Origin: Rhizophagus irregularis
Lineage: Eukaryota
NCBI RefSeq assembly: GCF_026210795.1
Contig: NC_089434.1
Location: forward strand, 930,001 to 994,000
Reading direction: 5' to 3'
DNA: 64,000 nt
Part shown: positions 25,021-39,554 of the stretch, in pieces
Layout of the letters: the number at the start of each line of letters is the position of its first letter
Numbering within the stretch: the first letter of the stretch is position 1
The notes under the pieces: generated by a model
What the model was told of the DNA's origin: nothing
The model's database searches: none
Seen by the model: only the letters and a program-made list of their open reading frames with translations
Program-made: the position numbers and the translations under genes

Positions 25021-26249
25021 TTTTAAAGCACACGAGAAGGTATTTAAAAAAAATGGTATAGAAATTTAATTTTATGTAGCTATCTATATCGAAAATATAT
25101 TGAAAATATGTTATAGAAATTAATTTATATAGCTGTCATATATAAAATATGTTGAACATATAGTAATAATGAAAAAAAGTTAATATAATAATTATACTGT
25201 TGCGTTGCAACAGGATTAGATTTTTTGTCATAGTGATAATGTTTATATTTCCTGGATGATTACGTATATTTACAGAAATATAGTGCATAATATATGAAAA
25301 GAGAAACATTATAATGAATTTATTTACTTATTAAATATTCTTATATTTATTCGCAGCACAAATCCCCAAAGCTAAAAGACATAATAAATTGCAATTATAT
25401 ATATAAAAATAAAAAAAAAATTATATATAAAATATTAATATAGATTGTAAAGAAAAAATATAAAAAAAATTCAGCTTTTTTTTTTAAAAAAAAAAAGAAA
25501 GAAAAAAAAGAAGAAAAAATTGCGATACGGTTTGCTGCGGCCGTTCACACTGTACGAGATAGCCGAAAATGAAATAATTATGATTTTCTCAATTTCTTTT
25601 GGATTAATAATTTTTGATTGAATGGATACGAAAAATATATTCAGGTTGGTCGGATCAATTGAATAGAGAAAATATTAAAGACATTAAAAAAAAATTTTTT
25701 TCACTATAATGTAATTTGCGCATTCCATTTATATGTATTTAATTCAAGTGAAAATAATTTTTTAGACTAAAATTTAATAATTTGTGTTTTTTTTTTATTA
25801 CAACTGTTTTCATAAATCCGAGGGTGTGGGACACGCGATATAAACTAAATAAATTATGCAAACAAGTATTTATAAAATTGAATGTGGAATTTCGCTTGAA
25901 CACGTCTAATTTGTCTTACTTGTTTAGATTGTAAAAATAAATATGATCAAAATTGTACATTTGTACTTGCCAAGTAAGAAAAGTAGAATGGAAGAGGAAA
26001 ATATTGAACGTGATTATATACTAGTAGATTTAACTCACAAACTTTTTACACAAAAGGATGCTACAGAACAGAAAATTGCATTAATATAACGGCCAACCAT
26101 ACCTCCATTTCAGATTTGTAATTCCCACAAGTACCAATCAACTTTTTCTTTCAAAAGACTTTCTAATTATTTATATCATTATTTGTAAGAATTCTCCCTT
26201 TTTCTCTTTTATAAAATTATTACATACACATATACATATTTCATCGAAA

Positions 26250-26715
26250 ATTTTTTCTAGTTCAAATTCATTACTGCCAAATGCCAATTTAATAAGGCCA
26301 TAAACAATTCCACCAAACAAAATTATAACGATAATTCCAGCAATCATAGCAACCATTATTCTACACTTTCTATTAGCGAGAAAAGTTTAAGTTTAATTGA
26401 TGGCGATGGATGTTGATGTCGATATGGTGATGTGTAAATTATAACCATCAGTTGAAGAATTTGTACTACTGGTTGTTTTTCAATTATATTTTAATATTTA
26501 CGTTGCGTAATATTTTTTTTATCGATATTATTAGCGTTAAATATTGGTACTGATAGTGTGTTGTTGCTGTTGCTGATGAATATTAATGTACTTGTTCAAT
26601 AATTTTTCTGGAAGAAATTTGATTCTTTTTTAATTTAAATCTTATAAATAAAATGGTATAATAAAATTACTTGTACTAGTAGTTAACAATAAATTTGTTC
26701 AATTTGCAAATATAT
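26250..26715 (-). pseudogene. Decayed copy of the amino-acid transporter last exon
   Basis: IAGIIVIILFGGIVYGLIKLAFGSNEFEL matches the C-terminus of 41077-41826. The upstream part is broken. Confidence 0.8.
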
Positions 26716-27341
26716 CAAAATGAGTATATTTATCAAAATCTTATTACCCGTAATGACGTAAATCTTTTTATTGTTAGCGTAAAAAATACTTCATATATTT
26801 TCAAAGAGTTGTTAATAAAATCGCGAAACATAAATTTTCTATTTAAAATAAAAAATTTTTAATCTTCTACTACTATGTATGAAAGGGAAATAAAATTATG
26901 CATGTTTATTTATCAGACACATGAACTCTTTATTTAAACATAACTCATATTCCTGTTCAGATCCGTGCATCTACTTCAATTTTTTCGTAGATAATGATGT
27001 TGGATTGGTTTTGATATATAGTATAATAAACTCAATGGGTAATAGAATCAACGTGTGTGCGCGTACGTACTACAACATTTATTCTCTGTTATCGATATCA
27101 TAATTATCATAATTTATAAATGTTAAAGCATTGTTTGGATTTATTTAATTATATAAATTTATATATAATATTGTAACTAAATGAAATAAGGTATAATACA
27201 AAAAAAGAATTATATAAATTACAAACTAAGACATACATGATGATGCTGATTTACCTACTCTAATCTTAGTGTTTAAATAATTCAAAAAAAAAAAAAAAAA
27301 AAATGCAAAAAATTCAAATTTCTATAAAGAATATAGAAAAT

Positions 27342-29637
27342 TTAGTAATCTAAAATCAAGTAAATTCAAAATATTAAAAAACAATAAAAATAAAAATGAA
27401 AAGAGCAATACTTTACCATCGGGAATCTCTAATTCATCTTGTTCTTCTGAATGAAGGTTTGGATCGTTATGTATTTCCTTTTCATCTATAAGACAAAAAA
27501 AAATTAGAAATTAAAACTATAGCATAATTTTATACAATAATAATTTAGTTACATTACATACCATCAATATCATCATATTTCTTTACTCGCAATTGCATTG
27601 TTTCCATCTTATAATTGCTTTGAGTATCTAAACATAAAATTAATATAAGTATTATAATAATTAAATTAATTTACTATTAATAGTTGTTTTACTTGCCATC
27701 TTTTGTATTTATTTGTAGATCATTAAGTGCTTTGGATAAGTCTTCACTACCTAAAAGTTATTATATTAATATTTAAGTTATTTCAAGAAAAAATTATCCA
27801 TAAAAATTACCTTTAAGAGTATCATTTTCCCGGTTAATTGATTTATTAAAATCATCAACTAAAAGAAAAAATTAATTAATTACAACAATTAATAAATACT
27901 TGTTACAAAATATTTTACAAATACTTACTGTTATCGGGAATATTAAAATTATCATATGATTTGCTGTGAAATGCTACAAAATTGAAGATATTGAATATTA
28001 GTAAAATTATCAATAATAAAATAAATTATTATTTACCAATACCTTCTTGTTCTTCTATTAATAAAAAATATATAATGATCAATGTTAATATACATTATAT
28101 TAAATTAAACAAAAATATTGAATAATTAATAATTATATAAATATGTTAAATGTGTTTAATACCTTCTGTTGCATTTCTTGGTTTAGGAAAGTTTTCAAAT
28201 CGATTAACTTTACTTGTAAATAATCTGCTACTTGTATAATCTGTTTCAAAGCAACTTGTTCTATTTATTTCTAAATTATCATTTACTTCTGACATGACTA
28301 TTGTAGTATTTAGATAATATAAATTAATTTCTCTTAATTTTTTCACAAGTGTATAAGCATCGGGTCTCTTTAATGGATCAGCATCCCAACATTGTTTCAT
28401 TAAACTTTCATATTCTAAAGGAGTTCCTGATACTATTCTTGGTCTTATACCATTAATGATATTCATTGCAAGATCATAATCATATTCATAATTAATAAAT
28501 GGTGGTTGTCCAGATGAAATTTCCCACATAAGCATTGCAATACTATAAATATCAGATTCTTTTGTAGTTTGTTTTCCAGAAATAACCTCAGGTGCTATAT
28601 AAGGAAGATTTCCATATATGCTGTTTAATGGTTTATCTGCAGGGCCACAGAATCCAAGATCACTAATACACCATCTCTGATTCATTTTTGAAAATAATAC
28701 ATTTCCTGAATGCAAATCTCTATGAACTGCATTTTCCATTTGGATAATATAAATTGCATTAACTATATATACAGCAATTTGTACTTTTTCATTCCAGGTA
28801 AGTTTGTTATGATTTTGTTGTAAATATTTTCTTAAATCTATATCCCCTTTAAGCATTACGAGATAAAAATTACCATTTGATGGATCTTGTGTTAAACCAT
28901 AACATTGAATAATATTTGACCATTTATTGCTTATAGTTAAATGTGATTTAGCCTATAATAATCAATTTTTAATAAAAAACTTTAAAAACTTTAATAAATT
29001 GCTTTTAATTACAAACCTCTTCAAACCATCTTTGATTTGCATATTCAACATTTTCTAATTTTTTGAGTATTACATTATGTCTTCCAAATCTTTCTAGTTG
29101 TTGTTCTTTAGAATCCCACTCATCATATCTTCCATCAATCCAAATTGCTGTATAAATTTCAGAATATCCACCTTTCGTTAAATAATTAATATTTTGTAAA
29201 TTATTATATGGAATCCATTCAATTATATTCTTTGGAAGAAGTGATTCCTTTTGACATGTTTGTATTAAATTGTCAATATCTTTATTTCCAGATGTCCAAT
29301 TTGAAAATTTTGCTCTTAAATAATTTTGAAGACAATATTCACAATATGATGTAGCCAAACATTTTTGATCACATTTTTCACAAATTCTTCTTGTTCCTGA
29401 ATTATATTGAACTTTATCTCTATCATAAGAAAGAATTATAAGTCTTATTGCTTCAGTTCTTTCATCTTCTGTAAGAGTTTCATCAACAAGAAGTGTTTGT
29501 TTTCGAAATTCGAATTGGTTATGTATGTTATTGTAAATATTCATATCTATTAATTCATTTGATTTCATAATTGCTGTGAAAATTATTTCTTTCCTATTAG
29601 TTGAAAAATATTTCTTTTCAGTTTGAAAAAAAAACAT
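27342..29637 (-). CDS. TKL-type protein kinase, tandem copy A
   Basis: Cys-rich N-terminus; motifs TKGGYSEIY, VILK, HRDLHSGN, DLG and APE are intact. 3' micro-exons end NDPNLHSEEQDELEIPDDY*. Confidence 0.9.
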
Positions 29638-30787
29638 AATGCAATCTTATATTATCTTTTTATTAATTGAAAATAACGTTAAAATAAAAAAGAAAATTGT
29701 TTTATCGAAAGTTATACAAATAAATAGCAAATGTTTCACAAAGAATGCTGTATTACGGAAGTATGTTGGCAAATTTAGGTGTACACATAATGCAGCTTGT
29801 AATACAATAGAAAGAAAAAATTCATGATTTGATATCAGATATTCTGTAAATAGTAAGAAACGTAAATTCATTCTACATAGTCTGCAGAAATCTTTTTTAT
29901 GTGTTGTAATACTATAATCATTTTTAATAATCTATGAAAAATAACAAAAGGAAATGTAATGATAAATTCGGAATGAGTACGTCACAAATATTATCAACAT
30001 CACATTTCCGAAATGAAAGAACTTATTATTGGAAAATGGATCTAAAGGAATTTTTTAAACTTTAACTTATAAAATAAAAGTTTAGTTTTATAAAAATAAA
30101 TATTAGATATACTCAAAAATAATTTTACCTAGATAATTATGTAGTGATAAAATTATGATTGTATCAAAGGTTTATTTTTTAAAATTTTGAAAATATTATT
30201 CTGTAAATCGCGTCAAATTATGAATTAACCATCGAAGTAATAATGAATTACTACATAGAAAATTTCAACATATATATTGTTTTTAAAACTCGTTAGTCGA
30301 ACTACCAAGGATAATTATTCAAGCGCGCGTTAAAAATTTAACGTGTTTTTAATAATATTATTTATTATTTATTATTTATTTATTACTTATTAAATTTACT
30401 TCGTCGTGTGTGACGGCGATCCTAATATTCAAGACTTCCAATAAGAGAATCATAAACATAAGTTGGTGCCAAGTGAGAAAGAGGCTTTATCAAAATTTTT
30501 TCTATTTTGTAAGATGATAAAATTCTGAATACGTGTAGTATAATCTTTTATTATTAGCCGAATGATTAGCCATTATTATTATACAAAATTTCATAATTAA
30601 ACAATAATAATAATAATTATTGGCGTCAATCAAGAAAGATTTATGATTTTCTCAATTTTTATTTTTTTTATTTATAATAATTTTTAATTGAATGGATACG
30701 AAAAATATATTCGGATTAATCGGATTAATTTGATAGAAGAATTTTACTTCTAAAGACAAAAAAAGGGAAAAAAAATTCTCTATATAT

Positions 30788-31012
30788 CAGAAATATATAT
30801 ATAAGGGTCAGGTTTGAGTTTGCGTATTTGGAACTAAAAAAATCCTGAAAATTTTCCTTTTTTAGATAATTTTTGATAATGCCAGTCAGAATTTATTTCC
30901 TATTATAGTAACCGGCTGACATTATCATAATTCCGGCCCTGAAAAAATGCGTACAGCTCATAGTAAAAAATTTTTTTCATTACCTGACACCTATATATAT
31001 ATTTCTGGGTCC
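30788..31012. mobile_element. MITE insertion absent from the paralogous site at ~40635
   Basis: Inverted repeat cagaaatatatatataagggtcagg / cctgacacctatatatatatttctg. The empty site tctctatatataaggcgtc is at 40631-40649. A related internal piece lies at 58235-58320. Confidence 0.8.
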
Positions 31013-31469
31013 TTATAAGGCGTCATTTGTCCATTTATATACATTTAATTCAGTGAAAAAAAAACTTTTTAAACTAAGTAATAATGCAAATAACGCAAAT
31101 AATAATTTGGAATGTCTTTTAAAATTTTTAAAAATTTAAAAATTTTCTTTTTAAGATTTTAATTCTTTCTCCCTCCCTCTCCCATATATTCATTTCAATC
31201 ATAAAACAAAAAAAAAATAATTAATTCAAGGTTTCTTTTCTTTTGTTCAACTATTTTCATTTTGATTTTTGATTTTAATTTTTTTTTTTTTTGTAATAAA
31301 AAAAACAAACGATTAAAATAAAAAAATAATTAGATCAATTAAATTAAAAAAAGAAAAAAATAAACTATTTTTACAACTATAATTTAATATTATCTTTTTA
31401 TTTTTCTACTCACCTTTTTCTCTTTTATGACATATACATACTTTTTCACGCCCAAAAAAAAAAGATTTC

Positions 31470-32070
31470 TTAATTATTATCGGATAAATCAAACTCATTA
31501 CTACCAAGTGCTAATTTAATAAGATCATAAATAATAATTCCACCAACTAAAATTATGGCGATAATTCCAGCAATTTTAGAAACCATCATTCTACACTTTC
31601 TGTTAGCAGGAAAAGCGATAAAAGGTTTAGGTTTAATTGTTGATGACGATGATGATGTTGGTGATATTGGTGGTGGTGATGTTGGTAACATTGGTGATAT
31701 TGGTGATATTGGTGATATTTGTGTCGTTTGTGTCGTTGGCGTTGTAATTATTAAATTATCATTAATATTTTCATTACTACGATTATAACGATGATGTAAA
31801 GATCTATTAGAATGAAGTATAGTAAATTATCACCATCAGTTGAAGAACTTGTACCACTAATTATATTCGTTGCTTTTTCGATTATATTTTTATGTATTAA
31901 ATTACTGTAATATACAGTATTTTTTTTATCGATAGTATTATCAGCATTAAATATAGGAGATGTGGTGCACTGATGGTGTGTAGTTGCTGTAGTTGCTGAT
32001 GATGAATATTAACGTATAAATAAAATAATGTAATAAAATTACTTGTACTTATTATTGGTCCAATTTGCAA
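31470..32070 (-). pseudogene. Second decayed copy of the transporter last exon
   Basis: Near-identical to 41077-41500 (…LALGSNEFDLSDNN*), then frameshifted. The 5' exons are missing. Confidence 0.85.
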
Positions 32071-32682
32071 ATACTACAGTAATATATTTAACCTATATTT
32101 AATCAACTATTCTAGGAGTTATTAGTAATAAAATCGTGAAACGTAAATTTTCTAAAATTTTTTATCTTCTACTACTATGTATAAAAGAAAAATAAAATTA
32201 TGAATGTAAATACTAACTATCCTTTATTTATCAGACGCACGAACTCTTTATTTAAATATTACTCATATTCCTGTTTAGATTCTTTACCGTGCAACTATTT
32301 CAATTTTTTTATGATATAATAATGTTGGATTGGTTTGATTTTAGTATATAGTATAGATCCTTAATAGGATCTACGCACGTGCGTACAGCGTACGTTCGTA
32401 TATATACTGTTTTATTATCGACATTATAGTTACCATATTGTATAAATGTTAAAAAGCATTATTTAGATTTATTTAATTATATAAGTTATTGACAAATTTA
32501 TGTAATATTGTAACTTAATAAGTTATATATGAAAAAAGAATTATTTAAATTACAAACTAAGACATATGTGATGATGTTATTTTACCTACTCTAGTCTTAG
32601 TGTTTAAATAAATCAATTTGTAAATGATAAAAAAAAATTCAAATTTCTAAAAAAAAAAAAGAATATATAAAAATTATATAGA

Positions 32683-35600
32683 ACTTTACTGAAACCCGTA
32701 TTTTTTCAGTTTTGAAGCTACCTAGTCACTGCTTACTTTCTTTTCATAAGCTGCGACCAAGTAGCTGTAATTTATTTATTTATAAATATTTCTTTTGTGT
32801 TATTTTATAAATTTTAGTTAAGTGACCTATAATCCAAAACTCGGAATAATCATAAATTTTAATTATTTAAAATTAATATATCAAGTAAAAAGGTAAAAAT
32901 TAGGCCTCTTAGGTATGAAATTGCAGTAGTAGTGAAATAAACAATGAAGATGATTATTAGAAATTTATTAATAACAGAATGATGTTAGTTATTAATATGA
33001 TCATATTTACAAATACTTAGTATCCAAATATATATTTAAAAAAGCATCATTACATCGTACAATTTATTAACACGTATATTTAATAAATTATAGCAAATTA
33101 TTGTAAAATATATTGTAAATAAATATATTGTAAATTTAACATAAAATACAGTCAATTCGTTATAATTGGATAGCCGCGGATTTTTAAGCGATCAACGTAC
33201 TAAATTTCCGTTGACATAGCGCCCCTGGTGACACAACTATAACTGAATTTTTAGACACGTCTCTATTTATTGTATTCTCAGTAAATGGGCTTGCTCCCCT
33301 GTAACAACTATATCACCTATTTTCTTCCAGCTCTTACTCTTTAGTAGTGGTCTAAATACACTTCCGATTTTACTATCAATTTCGTTTACCTAACTAGAAA
33401 CAATGTGAAATTTTACAAAAAATTTCATTTATTTTAAAAACTTTTCATTTGACCATTACACACCCAACCCGCTAAGAATTAAAAAAACTTGCCCATTTGG
33501 GAAATATAACCCGGATGGGAAGACAGAAGACTTATTTGCATTACTCAATCATCCTCTATTCTCATTTAAATTTCTATGCACACTCTTCTCTATTCATTTA
33601 CGGTCAAGTTTCTTCCTTTCTTCGTCAGTTACTTTGCATCCCCCATAAGCGTTCATTTTTCTTTCACTTTCTTTCATCTTTTTTTATTTAGACATCAATA
33701 CTATTAAAAGAATCAAAAAACTCTCTATAAAGAAACCAGAAGAAACCATCAATTAGTATAATCAGAAAAATATTACGAATTTTAAAGATTAATTGATAAA
33801 AAATATTTAAGATTACTACCTGCTTTAGTTTTTTTCTGATAATATTTACAGAAGATTCTACTAATTCAATTGGTTGATTCATTCTGCCATGGCCATGACC
33901 ATCTTTTACGTTCTCCTAATTGCAATAATGAAAAACATAAATAAAATATCGTAATATGGTGTAATTCTGTAAATAAATACAGCTTCTGTTTCATTTGGCG
34001 CAGTATTTTGTTGAGATTTTCATGTTCTCATCATTTTAATAAATATTTAAATATTTAAAGTTTAAAATGCTCAAAAATATTTAAAATTATGAAATTATGA
34101 AGTAAAACTAGCACGAAAGTTTTTTATTTTATCGTACTAATCTATTCAGGTATTGCATATAGAAGTAGATAAGAAATAAGGTTATAAGAAAAGTCTATTT
34201 AAGCTTATTAGACGAATAATTTAGACTTTTGTGTATACTTAACAAATAAACTTTTATGTATATTAATAAGTAAACTTTTATATATAATTTACTTTGAAAT
34301 ATAAAATTATTATTGTTAATAAGAAAAAAAAATTTAGATCGGGGAAAAATAATTGTTAATAAATAAAACCTGAATGATATTATCCAAGAATAAGAACATT
34401 TTTCAAATTTCTTTCAAACGATTTTGATTAAAATAAAGTCTTAGTTCTTACGCCTTTATGGTTACACTTATTGAAGCATCATTATTGTTAATAATATTAA
34501 GATTTTTATTTGATCAAAATAATGGTTGACAGGAACTCTTTCTGACGATCTTTCATACCAATTTTTAGCGGAAGAAATATCCAACAAAAATACAAATATT
34601 ATATACAAACTATATATAAACATGTCAAAAAATACAGATATAATGTTGGGAAAACAATTTATAATAGAGTTCTATCAAGAGTTTGACGATTTTGATTTTG
34701 AGAAGAGGTATTTGCAACATACTTACGATATGCTGAAGACAAAGGAGTTTCAAGAGTTTACCAAAAAGACTACAGGCACCTGGGATGTAATACCAGAAGT
34801 ATTTTCACAAGATATGCGAAAGCCATTCTCAAACCAAACAATAAATATTATAAATTTTATAATAAGGTGGAGTGCACATATCTTGAAGAAAAAATTACCA
34901 CGATAATTCTTCATCTCAACTGAACGACCACAGCAATACTACAAGGTCACGTGAATTGGAAGGGACGTCAACAAAAAAGGAATTGGAATTTGCAAATAGT
35001 GTACAGAAGAGTTTCAGCAGCGAAACTCTTTCCCAAATATTCTGGAACAAAATTTTTTTCACAATATTAGACATTTATTTCTTTAAATATAACAAAAAAT
35101 GTTCATTTCCAGTTAACTAGAAAGAGTTTCTATACTCAAACAACTTTACATTTTTTTTTTTCCTGTTGCTCTTCATGCTTAAACGTTAGAAACAACCCTA
35201 CTTCCCTTCAGTGCTATTTTTATAGGAACCACTATCTCTTTCCAACAAATCCACGAAGTCTTCTCAGAAGATAACTATATCCGAAGATAATACCTCTCCG
35301 CCTATACAGGCCTCTAATGCCATTCTTCATCTTTACCAACCTTGTAAGGTCCATTATTTCACTAACACTACAAAATTGATCAACCCTTACACAACTTGTG
35401 ATACACATGGATGCGGTACTCTTTATAATTCCAAAAAAGCAATTAAATGCCAAAAAGACGTTGAGCCTGTGGGACTCACCACCACACAAAAATCAATATC
35501 ATCTTTTTGGTGTTAACCATATAGTGCAAGGTCCCAATTCTAACTCGCGAAATTACAATTCCTGGTACACCAATTGAATATGAAAATCTTTATAAAAATT

Positions 35601-37569
35601 GCTGGAATAAAGAGGACCAGTTATTTATGAAATATTGAATGAATTTAAAAGAATAAATGTTAGAATTGAATCAATTAAAGGTATATATTTATATAATTCT
35701 TAATGAGAAACCTACGCGTTACTTTGTTAAATAACTTACTAATTTCTAACACATATTTAAAATTGAAGTATTGTAATCATTTTTCCGTATATTATTTAAA
35801 GTAGGCATCTTACAAAGAACAACTATTGAAAAAAATGTCCTATAGCGGTCGAAATAAACAGCTGCACGTCAAAGAAGTTCACTCCAACCGTTTAGGTGTC
35901 GGTTATACTGTTACTATTAAGAGATATACTTCCTATATAGGAGAACGCAACCCTGAATTGAAAAAAGCCATGAAAAGTCCAATATTTAAAGACAATACTC
36001 AAACAATATTCGAAATTGAAATTCAATGTCATCACTTGCCCAAACAAGTAAAATATTAGAATCGTCACACAAAAAGCTTCTTGGCTATGAGGCCCACAGC
36101 AACACAACCAAACCTGTCATACTCAAATGTTATATGACATGCCTACCTAATCCAACAGTATTTAAACAGATCCAACACGTACCTGAAAAATTTGAAATAT
36201 ATCTCAAACCACCACCATTTTGTTATTCCTCCATTCTCGTAGATAAATAGGCTCAACAGCAGGAGAAAATTTGGTTGCGCCATATTAAAAAGCGTAACAA
36301 AAAGAAATATCTTTACCTTTTTTACTACCGGTTTATTACAGAAACACCTAGAACATCAATCTGTTCGACTACAAAATCAGACGCCATTTTAATGTCAGTT
36401 CCATTCCTCAATACAATAATGGATACAAAAAAGCTTTAGAGCTTAGACAACAATACCAGCAACGCCAGAATTATTATATAGAAGATGTTACCACTAAATC
36501 CAATACTAACGCACATTATGTTATTTCTGAACAAGACCAGGTGCTTATTAATGCTTCGGACTTATTTTTACGTAGAACACCTTCTCTGGATGTGGATTCA
36601 CATACCACCATGAGTGATAACTCGTATATATCTGCTGCTGAATCAGTAGTGACTGTCATCTACCGGCGCATGAATAATTCAACACTATAAAACACAACAA
36701 TAGACTCTTTATTAAATGCAACATTCTATACCTGGCAGTATTTACGTATAACATCTGGTAGATGAAAAAAATACAGATATATGATTTAGTTAGAAACGAT
36801 TTCTTTTTTTATTTTTGTGTGCTTTTTCCTCTATGTCGTTTCTTACAATGCAGGTAATGCTTAGTATTGTTTTTATAAATAATAGGCAATACGATCCTTA
36901 TGAAGGTTGGGTCTATATGAAATTTTCTTCAAGCAAAAGGCGTAAAAATCAGAAAAATTCGGATACATAAAAATATTCAAATGGAAATTTCCAGTTAAAA
37001 CAACTTCCGATAAGAATTTTCTGGATAATAATTTTGCCAAGAAATCATGTGATATTACTTTCCGTTAGTTCTGACTCATTTCAATTTGTAGAACCAAAGT
37101 TAAACTAATAAAGTCATCATCATCCCTGTATACTTTATACGTGATGAAAGTAATACAAATAGAGAGAATTATTGGTTTAAAAATCAATTTTTATTGTACG
37201 GCTGTTTAGTTTATTACTTACTGTATTTATTATATTATTGCTATAATATAGTTGCATAGCCGCCATTAGGTGGTCTAGTAATTTAATACTCACACAAATA
37301 CTTAGTAACCTATAAATATTGTAAAAGCTGCTAATTAGTAAATTATTAAACTACCTATAGGTAAATTACAAGTTGCTTATTTATAATTTAATAAGCTACC
37401 TATAACTTTTACAAACTTTTACCTAAAAGTTGCTTATCGAAAAAAGTTAAGTTACCTTAAAGGTAACCTAATTGTATTATTTAAACTTAAATTTACATCT
37501 ACTAATAGACGGCATTTAGGTAATTAGTAGGTGACTTAGCAGTATTAAATTCTTAGGTTTCAGCAAAGT
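32683..37569. mobile_element. ~4.9-kb TIR-bounded insertion containing nested relics
   Basis: actttactgaaacc (32683) and ggtttcagcaaagt (37556-37569) form a 14-bp TIR with 1 mismatch. The segment is absent from the paralogous unit at ~27335-27620. Confidence 0.7.
34526..36700 (+). pseudogene. Decayed coding relic of an unknown repetitive gene or TE family
   Basis: Protein-like ORF fragments (34526-34906, 35826-36059 HSNRLGVGY, 36026-36250) separated by stops and frameshifts. Less AT-rich than the flanks. Confidence 0.45.
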
Positions 37570-39554
37570 AATACACCTAAAAAGTGATATATACAATAAT
37601 ATTCAGTTAGTACTTGCCATTCTTTGAATTCCTTTTAAATATTTTGGATAATTTTTTACTACCAACTAAAAAAAATTAGATAAATATTTATTTCAAAAAA
37701 AAGCTTTATTAAATAAATTTACCTTTAAAAATACTGCTTATTTTTAATGTACTGCTGTTATTCTTCTGATTGCTTGATTTGTCAAAATCATCAACTAAAA
37801 AAAAAAACAATTAATTACAACAATTAATTAATACTTATTACAAAATATTTTACAAATACTTACTGTTATCGGGAATATTAAAATTATCATATGATTTGCT
37901 GTGAAATGCTACAAAATCGAAGATATTGAATATTAGTAAAATTATCAATAATAAAATAAATTATTATTTACCAATACCTTCTTGTTCTTCTATTAATAAA
38001 AAAATATATTATAATCAATGTTAATATACATTATATTAAATTAAACAAAAATATTGAATAATTAATAATTATATAGTAAATATGTTAAATGTGTTTAATA
38101 CCTTCTGTTGCATTTCTTGGTTCAGGAAAGTTTTCAAATTGATGAATTTTACTTGTAAATAGTCTGCTACCTGTATAATTTGTTTCAAAACTGCTATCTG
38201 TTTTATTTATTTCTAAATTATCATTTACTTCTGATACAATTGTTGTATTTAGATAATATAAATTAATTTCATATAATTTTTTACAAAGTGTATAAGCATC
38301 GGGTCTTTTTAATGGATCAGCATCCCAACATTGTTTCATTAAACTTTCATATTCTAAAGGAGTTCCTGATACTATTCTTGGTCTTATACCATTAATGATA
38401 TTCATTGCAAGATCATAATCATGTTCATAATTAATAAATGGTGGTTGTCCAGATGAAATTTCCCACATAAGCATTGCAATACTATAAATATCAGATGCTT
38501 TTGTAGTTTGTTTTCCAGAAATAACCACAGGTGCTATATAAGGAAGATTTCCATATATACTGTTTTGTGGTTTATCTGCAGGGCCACAGAATCCAAGATC
38601 ACTAATAAACCATCTTTGATTTGATTTTGAAAATAATATATTTCCTGAATGCAAATCTCTATGAACTGCATTTTCCTTATGGATATAATCAATTGCAGAA
38701 GTTATATCCACAGCAATTTGTACTTTTTCTTTCCAGGTAAGTTGGTTATGATTTTGTTGTATATATTTTCTTAAATCTATAATCCCTTTAAACATTACGA
38801 GATAAAAATTACCAATTGATGGATCTTTTGTTAAACCATAACATGGAATAATTATTGCATGTTTATTGCTTATGGTTAAATGTGATTTAGCCTATAATAA
38901 TCAATTTTTTATTAATAAAAACCTTGGAGCCTTTAATATTTAAAATGCTTTTAAATTACAAACCTCTTCAAACCAATTTTTATTTGCATTTTCAACATTT
39001 TCTAATTTTTTAAGTACTACACTTTGTCTTCCATATCTTTTTAGTTGTTGTTCTTTAGAATCCCATTCTTCATATCTTCCATCAATCCAACTTGCTGTAT
39101 AGATTTCAGAATATCCACCTTTCGTTAAATAATTAATATTTTGTAAATTATTATAGGGAATCCATTCAATTACATTCTTTGGATTAGACGATTCCTTTTG
39201 ACATGTTTGTATTAAATTATCAATATCTTTATTTCCGGATGTCCAATTTGAAAATTTTGCTTTTAAATAATTTTGAAGACAATATTCACAATATGATGTA
39301 GCCAAACATTTTTGATTACATTTTTCACAAATTCTTCTTGTTCCTGAATTATTTAGAACTTTTTCCGCATCATAAGACATTGTTATAATTCTTATTGCTT
39401 CAGTTCTTTCATCTTCTGTAAGAGTTTCATCAACAAGAAGTGTTTGTTTTCGAAATTCGAATTGGTTGTGTATGTTGTTGTAAATATTCACATCTATTAA
39501 TCCATTTGATCTCATAATTGCTGCCCAAATTACTTCTCCCCTATCAGTTGACAT
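37570..39554 (-). CDS. TKL-type protein kinase, tandem copy B; 3' exons lost, possibly a pseudogene
   Basis: Highly similar to copy A. APE is changed to APV, and the terminal exons are replaced by the 32683-37569 insertion. Confidence 0.8.
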
